A DNA stretch of 39,943 bases from Octopus bimaculoides (lineage: Eukaryota): NCBI RefSeq assembly GCF_001194135.2, contig NC_068982.1, forward strand, positions 175,188,036 through 175,227,978, written 5' to 3'. The notes beneath the pieces were generated by a model, which ran no database searches, had not been told where the DNA came from, and saw only the letters and a program-made list of their open reading frames with translations. Positions 1-10,456 of the stretch are shown piece after piece. Every line of letters starts with the position of its first letter. Position 1 is the first letter of the stretch. A program made the position numbers and the translations under genes.

Positions 1-321
1 ATGCGCGCGTGCGCGTGTATGTATGTATATGTGTGCGTATTACGCAGAATTTATTGGACAATAACCCCACGAAGGGAAATCATTTTCCATTTCAAATTCG
101 CTAATTCACTAATTTAATTTATATTAATTTTTGATAGTTTTCGTAAGAGTTGTATTAAGGGAGGTAACTCTCATCACTCTAGGAGTAATACTGCATTATA
201 CGCTACTTGTCATTCCACTTTCTGTAGTGTATATAATCCCGTTGATACCAAAAGAGTTATTCTATTTCTGCATCGTAATCTCTCGAATCAATCTTGTGCG
301 TGTACGCTTATGCGTGTATGC

Positions 322-380
<59 letters not shown>

Positions 381-472
381 CATACATATGCGCGCGCACA
401 CTCACATACAAAGAGAAACAGATAGATAAATAGATAGAGATAGAGAGAGGGAGAGAGAGAGAGAGAGATAGA

Positions 473-550
<78 letters not shown>
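322..550. repeat. (TATC)n followed by (GA)n microsatellites
   Basis: Directly visible: (TATC)n about 322-380, GA-rich tract about 417-550. Confidence 0.97.
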
Positions 551-556
<6 letters not shown>

Positions 557-644
557 ATGGTGATTTTCTACTGGTGGTAATTTCAATTAAGTAGAAAATG
601 CACTCAATACAGTTTCACATGGTGCAATAGGATTATTTAGGGTT

Positions 645-965
645 TGCTTGCCTCAACGGTTACAATGTATGTTTAGCAACCACGAGGCCCACGTTCGATC
701 CCGCTCTGATATTTTATATACTTTAAGGTCAATCGACATCTTGTGACCGAATCTGGTCAGACAGAAACTGTAGAGAAGCTCAGTTGTTGAGCTGTATCTA
801 ATTCAAAAGGTACTTGTACAGCCTTGTCACTCGCGGTATGTAACTCACGGTGTGTCACTCATGCAGTGTCTACTAAAGAATTATGCTAAAGATACATGTA
901 TCCCTGGAATGCTAGACTTACACGGTAAATTTAGAAGCAGTTAATTTAATTGATCGGACAACTGA
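645..965 (+). mobile_element. Old diverged tRNA-derived SINE with a family-A-like head and a family-B-like body
   Basis: B-box-like GTTCGATCC near 694. CTTGTGACCGAATCTGGTCAGACAGAAACTG resembles the head at 1126-1281. AATTCAAAAGG..AGCCTTGTCAC..GAATTATGCTAAAGATACATGT..TTGATCGGACAACTG aligns with the reverse complement of the SINE body at 15962-16150. Confidence 0.6.
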
Positions 966-1277
966 TATACATGTAATTTTTAGGATTCGAGAGAACCAGG
1001 TATTCACACAGTGAAAGTACCAAGGTAGAACCGGTAATGGTGCGACTGTGTGCAAACAATGTATGACGACCACGTCTGAAATAGCTGTAGGGAACCACAA
1101 TCTGTTGTTATTATATATAGACTCAGGAGTGGCTGTGTGGTAAGAAGCTCGCTTCCCAACTAGATGGTGCCGAGTTCAGTCCCACTGCGTGGCACCTTGA
1201 GCAAATGTCTTCTATTATAGCCTTGAGCCCACCCAAAGATGTGTGAGCGGATTTAGTAGACGGAAACTGAAGGAAGT

Positions 1278-1352
<75 letters not shown>

Positions 1353-1370
1353 TTATGTAATGTATGTGTG

Positions 1371-1608
1371 TTATTTCTTTACTACCCACAAGGGGCTACA
1401 CACAGAGGGGACAAACAAGGACAGACAAACACGGATTAAGTCGATTATACCGACCCCAGTGCGTAACTGGTACTTATTTAATCGACCCCGAAAGGATGAA
1501 AGGCAAAGTCGACCTCGGCGGAATTTGAACTCAGAACGTAGCGGCAGACGAAATACGGCTAAGCATTTCGCCCGGTGTGCTAACGTTTCTGCCAGCTCGC
1601 CGCCTTAA
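1371..1608 (-). mobile_element. tRNA-derived SINE family C (probably OR2, CORE-like), full length
   Basis: High identity to copies at 14533, 25781, 26013 and 36378. 16-bp TSD ATGTAATGTATGTGTG at 1355-1370 and 1609-1624. Confidence 0.92.
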
Positions 1609-1630
1609 ATGTAATGTATGTGTGTGTATA

Positions 1631-2783
1631 TTGGTCATCCCATAAATAATGCGGTATTTTCAACTGCATGAACTAAATGTCGAAGGGAGAAGGGACAGAC
1701 TACTGGCACCCACTTGCTATAAAAACAGGTAGTAATTTAACGTTGGCCTTATTCTTAGTGCAAGTTTTGAAGAGTGTAGTTCGATTTTAACAATTATTTT
1801 TTCAAAGCTATAATGGCAGTGACAAAGGAGCATATTCGGCATATTTTGCTTTATGAGTTCAATAAAGGCAACAGCGCAACGGAAAGTGCAAGAAATATTA
1901 CTGCAGTATATGGGGATCGGACCAATAGCGTAAGCCAGTGTCAACGGTGGTTCCAGAAATTCCGAACCGAAAACTACAGCCTAGAACTACAGTCTAGAAC
2001 TACATTCAACCATTCATCGACACCTGCGTACCGATGGTTACGCAGGTGTCGATGAATGGTTGAATGACTAGTCTAATCGCGTGCAGAGAATGAATGTGTC
2101 CTCTGTTTTGCTGTCACGTCTTAAATATGAACCTTTTTTTGACCGGATAGTAACTGGTGACGAGAAATGGGTTCTCTATAAAAATGTTAAGCGCCGAAAA
2201 CAGTGGGTAGGGAAAAGAGAAACACCGGCACTCAAGGTTAAATAATGTCTTCACCCATGTAATGTGTTGTTATCTGTTTGGCGGGTTATAAAAGTTTTAG
2301 TCCACTTTGAACTGTTAAACCCAAGCTAAACGATAACAAATGAGATCCACTACAAGCTGCTTGAGCGGATTAAGTGTTCGCTAGAAGAAAAACGACCATC
2401 TTTGGTTTCAAGACAAAAGGTGTTCTTTCATAAGGATAATGCTCGAGCAAATACAACGAGAATGACATTCCAAAAGCTGGAGCAGTTTGAATAGGAAACG
2501 ATGTCCCACCCACTATATTCACCGGACATTGCCCCATCTGATTATCATTTATTCCGCAGTCTTCAAATTCATTTGGACGGAAAATATGAATTCTGTAGAC
2601 GAGGTCAGAACAGTACTGGAGGAGCATTTTTCGTCACGACAAGTGAATTGTGCAAGTCTACCAGATAGATGGAAGAGCATTGTAGAAAATGAAGGAGAGT
2701 ATATTTTAGATTAAAAAAGAACTTCGTTTATCTTAATTTTGAAAAATGACAGAAGTATAAAAAACCGCATTATTTATGGGATT
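1631..2783 (+). mobile_element. mariner-family DNA transposon (D,D34D), internally deleted and pseudogenised
   Basis: Perfect 19-bp TIR match (1637-1655 and 2765-2783), TA at 1629-1630. N-terminal HTH MAVTKEHIRHILLYEF..WFQKF, then IVTGDEKWVLY, HKDNARA and YSPDIAPSDYHLF with 34 residues between the last two Asp. Contains stops and frameshifts. Confidence 0.95.
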
Positions 2784-2965
2784 GTCTCTTTGTTTGTCTC
2801 CCATCACCTTTTTACAACCGGTGTTGTGTGTTTACGTCCCTGCATCGGCAAAAGAGAGCTATAGAATAAGTACTAGGCTTAAAAAATAAGTCCTGGAATC
2901 GATTTGTTCGACTAAAACTCTTCAAGGTTGTGCTCAAGCAGTCAAAGGACTGAAACAAATAAAAG

Positions 2966-2967
<2 letters not shown>

Positions 2968-3019
<52 letters not shown>

Positions 3020-3178
3020 CACATATATATGTACGCGCACGCACGCACACACACATATATATATACACATATATATGCACGCGCGCGCGCGCACACACAC
3101 ACACACACACACATATACACATATATATGCACGCACACACACACACACACACACACATGTATATATATATATATATGC
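2968..3178. repeat. Compound CA/TA/CG dinucleotide microsatellite
   Basis: Directly visible. Confidence 0.95.
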
Positions 3179-3349
3179 AAACTAGAGAATATGTTGTAAC
3201 ATATTTTAACTTCTAACGGCAAATTCATTGCAGTTACCATGGAGAAAAAAATTCCCTCTTATTTTCAAAAGGTGTAAGAACACCAATTATGTCTAGTGCT
3301 GCCCCCTGTCGGATTCCCAGACGTGTTTGTAGCTCTTTAGTCGTTATCA

Positions 3350-5215
3350 AGGAGAAATAACGAAGGGAGACGACTCTGGACAAACTTAAAGCCATAGCTT
3401 AAACTAAAATACAATCAACGGCATTGACTGAGTTGCACTATTAGACCTGACACAAGATAGGACTACTGTTTGAAGAAAATTGGTCACTGACGGCGGTTCC
3501 CCCAAACAATAAATGAAATACTGAATACGCAATACAAAAATGTTTTCATATCTCTTTTGGGACACTTGTAAATAACTATGCCTGATGAGTTCTTCGACAC
3601 CATAACTCTATATGAAGGGATGGCAATTATCGATTATATTGAAATAGAGGAAACTGGTAAAATCGCAGCTATTGATGAAATGAGCTTAAACTCAGCCACA
3701 GGCCCTGATGGATTCCTAGCATTCCTCCAACAAAGGGACTCAAGCAAGACCACTGTAGATTATTTTCCAAAGCTTCCATATAAGTGGTAGGCTTTCCAGT
3801 AAGTTAGAGAAATGCATAAATGTCATATCCATAAAGGAGAAACAGAGCAGATGCTAAAATTTATAGGCCTGTTTCTAAACTCACATGTTTGCATAATCAT
3901 GGAACGAATGGTAAGGGGAGGAAGCTGATCACGTTCTTAGAAGATAAGACTCAACATGACTTCCGCTCAAGAAGAATCTGCCTTACACAGCCTCTGCAAC
4001 ATTATGACTGGGTGTAGAAATAATTTATGAATCGCTGAAACGTGGATATGATGTATCTTGGTTTTGCAAAAACTTTGATAAGGTTGGTCGCGGGATGATA
4101 TGTCATGAGCTACGAGGACTCGGCTTAGTTGGAAAACTGGGAGAGTGATTACATGATTTCTCAAAAGACAGAAGCTAGGCTGTGGCAGCCAATGGGGTCC
4201 TCTTCAAGGAGACACTAAGAGCAAGTGGAGTAGCACAGGGAACTGCTGTTGCTTGTGGCGGAATTTCTCGAACATGCCATCAGTTACACAGACAAGGTAC
4301 ACTTACTAGCTATGCTTAGGATAAAAAAGTCGCACAAGCAGTCAAAGAACCCTCAATGCGACTCTTCTACAGAAAGACCTAGATACCATGTACAAATGGG
4401 ATGAAGAAAACATGTAGTTTAATGCAAGAAAATTCCAATCCATCCACTATCAGCCAGCATGTGCTAACACGCCGCAACAAAAGATACTTTGAATCAAAAT
4501 GATCAGCAATTCCAGAGCATGAGCAGGGGATTAATATAAACTACGATGCCTCGTTTCATGTACATATTCCCAAGATGGTGGCAAAATGCAGGCGGATGGA
4601 CGGGTGGATTCTGAGAACTTTCAGAACAAGGAAACAGAAATTATACTGGCTCTGTGGTGCCATGTGTACTACAGCTCTTAGTTATGGTCGCCCAAGAGTA
4701 TCAAATAAATTCAAGAACATGAAGCAATTCAGCAGTGCTACACCGGGAAGATTGCATCAATAAAACAATTGAGCAACTGAGAAACATAGAAAGAATTACG
4801 ACTCAACTCCCTAGTGGGAAGATAGGAGCGAAATGTGGTGATATACATATGGAAGATCTTAGAGGGTCTGATACTAAATTTTGGCATCGACAAGTATACC
4901 AGTTCCCGAAAAGAAGGCCATTGTATTGCCCCAAAGGTCCCAGTCATCCCGTCTAAAGTAAGGACCAGGTACTGAAATAGCTTGGGATTCAAAGGCCCAC
5001 AAATATTTAATATATTGCTAAACCCTAAGACATCTACATGGAATACAGTGAGATGTTTTAAAGATACTCAATGACCTTCTGTTGTCCAAGATTCCAGATG
5101 AATCTATATCAAGGCAAGAAACTTAAAAAATGGCAGCAATATCAACCTCCCTCTTCAACCAAAAGCTACCCACATCATAGCAGTCGTTGAAAAGGTGAAG
5201 ATACTAGGGCTGCCC
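3350..5215 (+). mobile_element. Decayed, 5'-truncated CR1-like non-LTR retrotransposon (RT region)
   Basis: Frameshifted motifs in order: KIGLLFEEN, EILNTQYKNVF, NSATGPDG, YRPVS, QHDFRSRRICLTQ, YLGFAK(T)FDKV, SGVAQGT, SYA*D, AKCRRMDGWILRTFRTR. Ends at (TA)n near 5216. Clade assignment is by eye. Confidence 0.85.
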
Positions 5216-5629
5216 CATATATATATATATATATATGTTTATATATATATAAATGTTCTATATTATACACAGCCTTGGTTCTTTTTTTTATCTCATTACG
5301 AAAAGTAAATCCTTATATTCACACGCTGATATATGACCTACGTTGGACCCCTTATTCGCATAATCATCGAACCTGGAGCTTAACTGTGGTCCATCCATAG
5401 CACTTACTTAACATTACCTGAAACCTCTGGGTCTAATTGACACCACTTTCTTTTTAAAAAAATGAGTGAGACAAAATGGTTCAGAGCTGAATATAGATAC
5501 GGCAATGACCTTTGATGATAACTTTTTTGGAGAGCAACTGGGTATTACATCTGCCTTTTTATGAATGTGAATAGAACCGCTGATGCAATCATTAATATCT
5601 GTTCATGAATATTTTGGCCATCAGCTCTA

Positions 5630-5632
<3 letters not shown>

Positions 5633-5714
<82 letters not shown>

Positions 5715-5733
5715 ACACACACACACACACACA
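5633..5733. repeat. (CA)n microsatellite
   Basis: Directly visible. Confidence 0.98.
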
Positions 5734-7389
5734 AACGTGTACATGCATGTCTATAATATACTGCAAATCTGACTATATGTTGAGGCCTCATTTTGTTTAA
5801 ATTTACTTAAATTTTGCGACTGCTACTGATGATCTAAATTATATACTTATAACATTAATATTGATGAGAACTGTGAGTTCGTTGTTTATTATTGTCAATA
5901 TGCAGTACAATTGATTTGTCAGTGTACGCGAACATGCTTACAAGACGGATTTTACAACAGGCAAGATGAGCTGCAGGTAGAATTAAGAATGATGGGCGAA
6001 CATGCTTAAACAACAAACCTTTTCCGAAGTGATTACAAATGCGTCTGACTTGGAGAAAAAATGTAATGTGAGTACATTGATAATGCTGAGGAAGCAAATA
6101 TTGAGACGAATGCATGCCCAGAATAAAAGCTAACATCCAGATCTTTCATCATATCTGACTCTTATTGACTACAAGCATTATCATTAGAGTTAAAGTTACC
6201 CTCTGAAGTTCTGATAAGGAGGCTTATCAGCTGCTGGTCCTTTCATAAACTGGTAAGCTTTATGTATTGATAGTGGGGGGTTTTATTATTCAGCCTACTT
6301 TCCCACGCATTGTCTCTTTTCTGTTTTTTTCTTTGACTGCTGGAATCGGTGGTAGAAGTTTTAAACTCACCCATTAATTGAGATGTGACAAAAAAACAAA
6401 ACAAAAAAAACTAAAAGATCTCTATCCACTTCAAATGCATTACAACACAGACACAGATGCATGCGCTCACATAATTTTTATGCTCATTGCATCACTAAAT
6501 GGTCAATTCACACCTATATACACTTGTATGTAAAGCGTATTTCTCCTTTCTCCATCACCCATCACTCACTTTATTTCGTTATTTTTCTTCATTTATGTAT
6601 TTGTATATATGAGGAATTTTCTGTGCATATGCATATTACACATATTATGGTAACAGAACCATTTGGTATTTAAGAATCGATAGAGTTAACCTGTAGATGA
6701 AAAAATTACTGGGCTCGACATTATGGACTAAAATTTATTGAAGGCGCTGCTGCAGCATGAACGTAATCTAATGACTGAAACAAGTATTATCATAAAAATA
6801 ATATAAGGATGAATGAAAGAGACAAATAAATATGTGCAAGCTGAATTGTGTCATTTCTGCTTTGATTTTAGATAAGATTTTCTCTTTTACTTTCTTATAC
6901 GATGTAGTAAAATCATAATTTAATCTTGAAAGAGAACAAACAATGCACCCGTCACAACAATCAATAACATTTCAGTTACGCTGTTTAGAAGATTCTTCAA
7001 CTGCAGAAATATCGCATACAGTAATTGTAAAGTGTAACAATTGCAACAGAATAAAGGTTCTGTTATTTGACTTTGATCACACAACCTGTTCCACTCGTGA
7101 CTACTTAATGAATATAAGATGGCTTTGATAGCCGGAACTGCAAAGACATTCTGTTGTTTGTTTGTCAGACTGTCCAGTGTTCTGAATATATGTCTTCCTG
7201 TCCATGCCATTAACTACAACCCTTTCCTCTCTCTTTCTTCTCTTCCTCTCTCTTTCTTCTCTTACTTCCTCTCTCTTTTTCTCTCTCTCACAAACAGAAC
7301 ACATATACAAATGTGCAAGTTCCTAAGTGAAAAGAAAGAGAGTTCTCAATATATAGTGTAGAGTTTATTCCTATATTTAAACTTATGGT

Positions 7390-8620
7390 TTCGTCAATGG
7401 TCAAGTTTCTCGCTTTGCGCATCTTTAAGTGAATATTCTAGATAGTTAAACAGTCACTTTCCTTTAGCCTCCCAGTATACCGCAACAAAAACGTTACATT
7501 TTTGTATGCGCTGTCGAAAGAATTAAAATACTGCGTATAAACATCTTTAAATGTTCTGCTAGTTACTCGAATATAGTTTTACCGGGGCTCTCTTTTGCAG
7601 TACCGCTGTCATATAAATTACTTAAAAAATAATTACCACTTTACGAGTATGGTATTGAAATTTTGAAGTTACATCTATTTCGCTTGTTGGCAGGGGATTA
7701 TTAAGTATTTGGTTATCATATTCTGGTTGGCATGCTTTGGTTCCGTGCATAACTATTACCAACTTTTATACTAGTCTTATTAAAGAGCATATGATACCTA
7801 TGATCAGTTGAAAAGTGTTTAATGATAAACTCTAGGAAATTTCGTACACTTAACACTTAACACTACATTTAGACTGAATAGTTGATTTTGTCGAGGTATT
7901 AGTTTCTTTACCAATAATTATAAATTCTAATGCTTCTTTAAACTCGCTTCTCCTTAGTGCTTCCTTGTCGAATATTATTTTGTCGGTGGATATTGTGAAG
8001 GTTTCATGCTTATGCTGCCGACATTTAAAAAAAGTAATTATTCAAGTAGGGTGATGAGAATATCTGTTTCTATAAATCACCTATTCATTACGTTTCTTAT
8101 AAGATTAATATTTTTCTGTAAGTAGGCTTAGCGTTACATCTAGAAAGTGGACAATAGAGAGATTAACCTGGAGTATTACTCTGTTACTGAATTCTTTAAA
8201 AGTATTTGCTATAATTTTTTTTCTGAATTTTATCTAGTTCATGCCCTTCTAACTTTTGAGGGAGTACTTGGCCTCTATATTTGTAGTGTTTTATCTCTAA
8301 ATCGTTGTATATATTACGTAGCATTGCTAAGTAACATGTACAAAAATGTAAAAATCTATGTCTGAAAACGTTGCTACATCATAGTAACACGTACCAACGT
8401 TCAATAATTCTTCATTATCTCCCTTTACCCAGGAGAAATATAGAACCGAAGGAAAATTCCTGCAGTCATTATCGTAATGGCGGTTGTTGATTGAGGAAAA
8501 TATGTTTGCAAAGTCGAATATTATTGTTGGGAGATGTTTTTCAACCGACGAGTGGAATTCTGTTATGTTGAACGGGGCAAATTTATGCGATTTTCTGTTC
8601 TTTTACATGCAACTGTAAAA
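7390..8620 (-). mobile_element. Heavily decayed Penelope-like element (RT plus GIY-YIG endonuclease)
   Basis: Minus-strand fragments in the expected order: EFHSSVEKHL..DFA, WVKGDNEELLNV, VNLSIVHFLDVTLSL, SHHPT, RNFLEFIIKHFSTDHRYHMLFNKTSIKV, NYIRVTSRTFKDVY. Confidence 0.72.
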
Positions 8621-8679
8621 TATCAAGAATAGTTACCTGGAAGAAAGATTGCAATTCAAACACATACGTATGCGCGCAC

Positions 8680-8745
8680 ACACGCATACGCATACATACA
8701 CCTGCATACATATAAATATACATACATGTGTGTGTGTGTGCGTGC

Positions 8746-8798
<53 letters not shown>

Positions 8799-8930
8799 TG
8801 ATAAATGTTCATCACAGAAAAGTACATACTCGCATACGTATGGGTACACGCACAGACACAAACAGACAGACAAACACACTTATATACACACACGCACATA
8901 TGTTTTTATACACATACATGTAAAAGAACA
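8680..8930. repeat. Compound CA/TG/AG microsatellite
   Basis: Directly visible. Confidence 0.93.
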
Positions 8931-9149
8931 ATAATATAACTGTTTAAGATATATTTCTGAGGTTCTGCACATTTGGATGCTCGCACACAAGAATACAAAG
9001 AATATTGGTGAGCCATTCTCATGAAACGTCTGCCAAATGCAAACAGAATATGGTACAACACAAAAATCATGAAAACACCGGGACATTGAACTGTGTAAAT
9101 ATATTGTATGACAGCTTTCAATGGTTCCATTCAACTTCGATATCCACAA

Positions 9150-9520
9150 TAGCATAACGCTAGTTCTGAATTATTTCCTTAACTGTTGGCTGGAAAAGTC
9201 AAGTTTATTCAATGCGATTATTTTGTAGGCAATTGATCCAAAGCATATTCGTGAAAGGCATTCCATTTAAAATACTTCAAACACATCTAAATGGTATGGA
9301 TTAATTGCTTTAGTACCATATAACAATACACATTTAACAGACGATCGATAAATACGGATTTTATGTGTAATGAGATGTTATGTTTTTCCAAAACACACCA
9401 ATTAAAAAGATAGAAGCTGCGAAGCAAATTCGATTTTTGCTATCTAATGATGCAGCAATTTTATTTTCTACATATCAAAAGAATTTAAACGTAGTATCTA
9501 GTTCTAATTGTAGCCCACAT
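9150..9520 (-). mobile_element. Decayed RTE-clade LINE fragment (RT C-terminal region)
   Basis: Minus-strand NISLHIK.RIYRSSVKCVLLYG..HLDVFEVF*MECLSRI resembles the RTE KIRIY..VLLYG motif. Confidence 0.65.
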
Positions 9521-9947
9521 AAAGTTGACATTGACGTGTCGTACAAAACAAGTGTTTCCGTTTATAAAATCAGATTCATATGTATAGCATTTCTCACATA
9601 CTATACACATATACACAGTCCATACGCATCCCCAACACAAATACACGCAGCACACATCACTCCACACAATGCACGCACTAGGTTACTTATACACATATAC
9701 ACACACGCTCCTATAAGCACACGCCAGCCCACATATATCTTTAAGCTTGCCTACACATACACACTCACACATACTCTTTCGTACACACACTCGCTTGCGC
9801 ACCATAGTTCAGCCGGGTCACTGTTATTATCTCCCTTTCACTCGACCTCTCTCTTCCAATCATTTCAGTTTGTTGAACCGTTAATGCCTACACATTTTTT
9901 ACTCTCTCCGATTTTTTTTCGTTCTTTTTCCATTCCCCCTCTCATCC

Positions 9948-9983
9948 CTCTCTGTTGAAGAGCCTAGACTCGAAACGTCAAAG
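9948..9983 (+). ncRNA. Degenerate minimal type I hammerhead-like motif (PLE-type)
   Basis: CTGTTGA (core CUGANGA with A6>U) - A - GAG cctaga CTC - GAAA - palindromic ACGT - GUC site after 9979. Stem I has 3 of 4 pairs. Confidence 0.6.
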
Positions 9984-10045
9984 ATTTTTCAGTCTTCTCA
10001 AGCGTCAAACTAATACATCTGTCTGTTGTTCTCTCACCGGTCCGC

Positions 10046-10211
10046 TCCAGTCAGCAATATATTGTAAACAGAGCGATCATCGGTTACTGATTTGCAACTT
10101 GTTTATATAGTTACTAATCTGTTCTCTTTTTGAGATTTTACAACTAGTTATTTTTCTAGTTGCAAATCAGTGACCGATGGTCGCTTTGTTTACAATATAT
10201 TGTTGGCTGGA
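10046..10211 (+). repeat. 54-bp inverted repeat (hairpin) with a 58-nt spacer
   Basis: Arms 10046-10099 and 10158-10211: 49 Watson-Crick pairs plus 5 G-U pairs on the + strand. Confidence 0.95.
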
Positions 10212-10245
10212 TCGCACCCTGGTTATCGTTCTGGCGACCAGATAT

Positions 10246-10294
10246 TCGCAACTGAAGATAAGCGAACATGCTCGAAACTCAGTCAGTCTCGCGA
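10246..10294 (+). ncRNA. Near-intact type I hammerhead-like motif
   Basis: Stem I TCGCAA/TCGCGA (5 of 6 pairs), intact core CTGAAGA at 10252-10258, stem II (A)AGC gaacat GCTC (3 of 4), GAAA at 10274-10277, stem III ACT cagtc AGT, GUC site after 10288. Confidence 0.65.
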
Positions 10295-10412
10295 TCCTGT
10301 TGTTTGCTAGAGGATGATAGCAGTTCATTCCTCCTATTCATGGCCTGGGCCGATAATGGCCGAAACCAATCTAAGTTATCTAAGTTATATGCAGGGTGCA
10401 GAGCCGCACCGA

Positions 10413-10456
10413 TAACCAGATGACGGAAGATCCGCCTGGGGTTAAACTAGTAGTGA
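10413..10456 (+). ncRNA. Third, more degenerate hammerhead-like motif
   Basis: CAGATGA (U4>A) .. TAAA (G12>T) - palindromic ACTAGT - GUA site after 10452. Stem I has 3 of 4 pairs. Confidence 0.35.

Larger units (their letters stand above)
1126..2967 (+). mobile_element. tRNA-derived SINE family A (probably octopus OK), split by nested insertions: head 1126-1281, internal microsatellite, 3' half 2784-2967
   Basis: Head GGAGTGGCTGTGTGGTAAG..GAGTTCAGTCCC has A/B-box-like motifs and a second copy lies at 28281-28424. The 3' half (TTTGTCTCCC..GGCAAAAGAG..AGAATAAGTACTAGGCTT..GACTGAAACAAATAAAAG) matches my recollection of this family's tail. Family name is from memory. Confidence 0.75.

Noticed and set aside
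5923-6066. + strand segment bounded by TTTGTCAG and GTGAGT
   Set aside because: All three frames contain stops. At most it could be a non-coding exon, which I cannot support.
6920-7210. 96-aa minus-strand ORF and overlapping 61-aa + strand ORF
   Set aside because: No recognisable motif or convincing splice-site pair.
8434-8620. + strand exon candidate after the strong acceptor CTCCCTTTACCCAG
   Set aside because: It has an in-frame stop and is better explained as the antisense of the PLE RT remnant.
9380-9958. Longest unambiguous ORF (192 aa)
   Set aside because: It spans the antisense of an RTE remnant, a CA-rich tract and a pyrimidine tract. The low-complexity composition explains the lack of stops.
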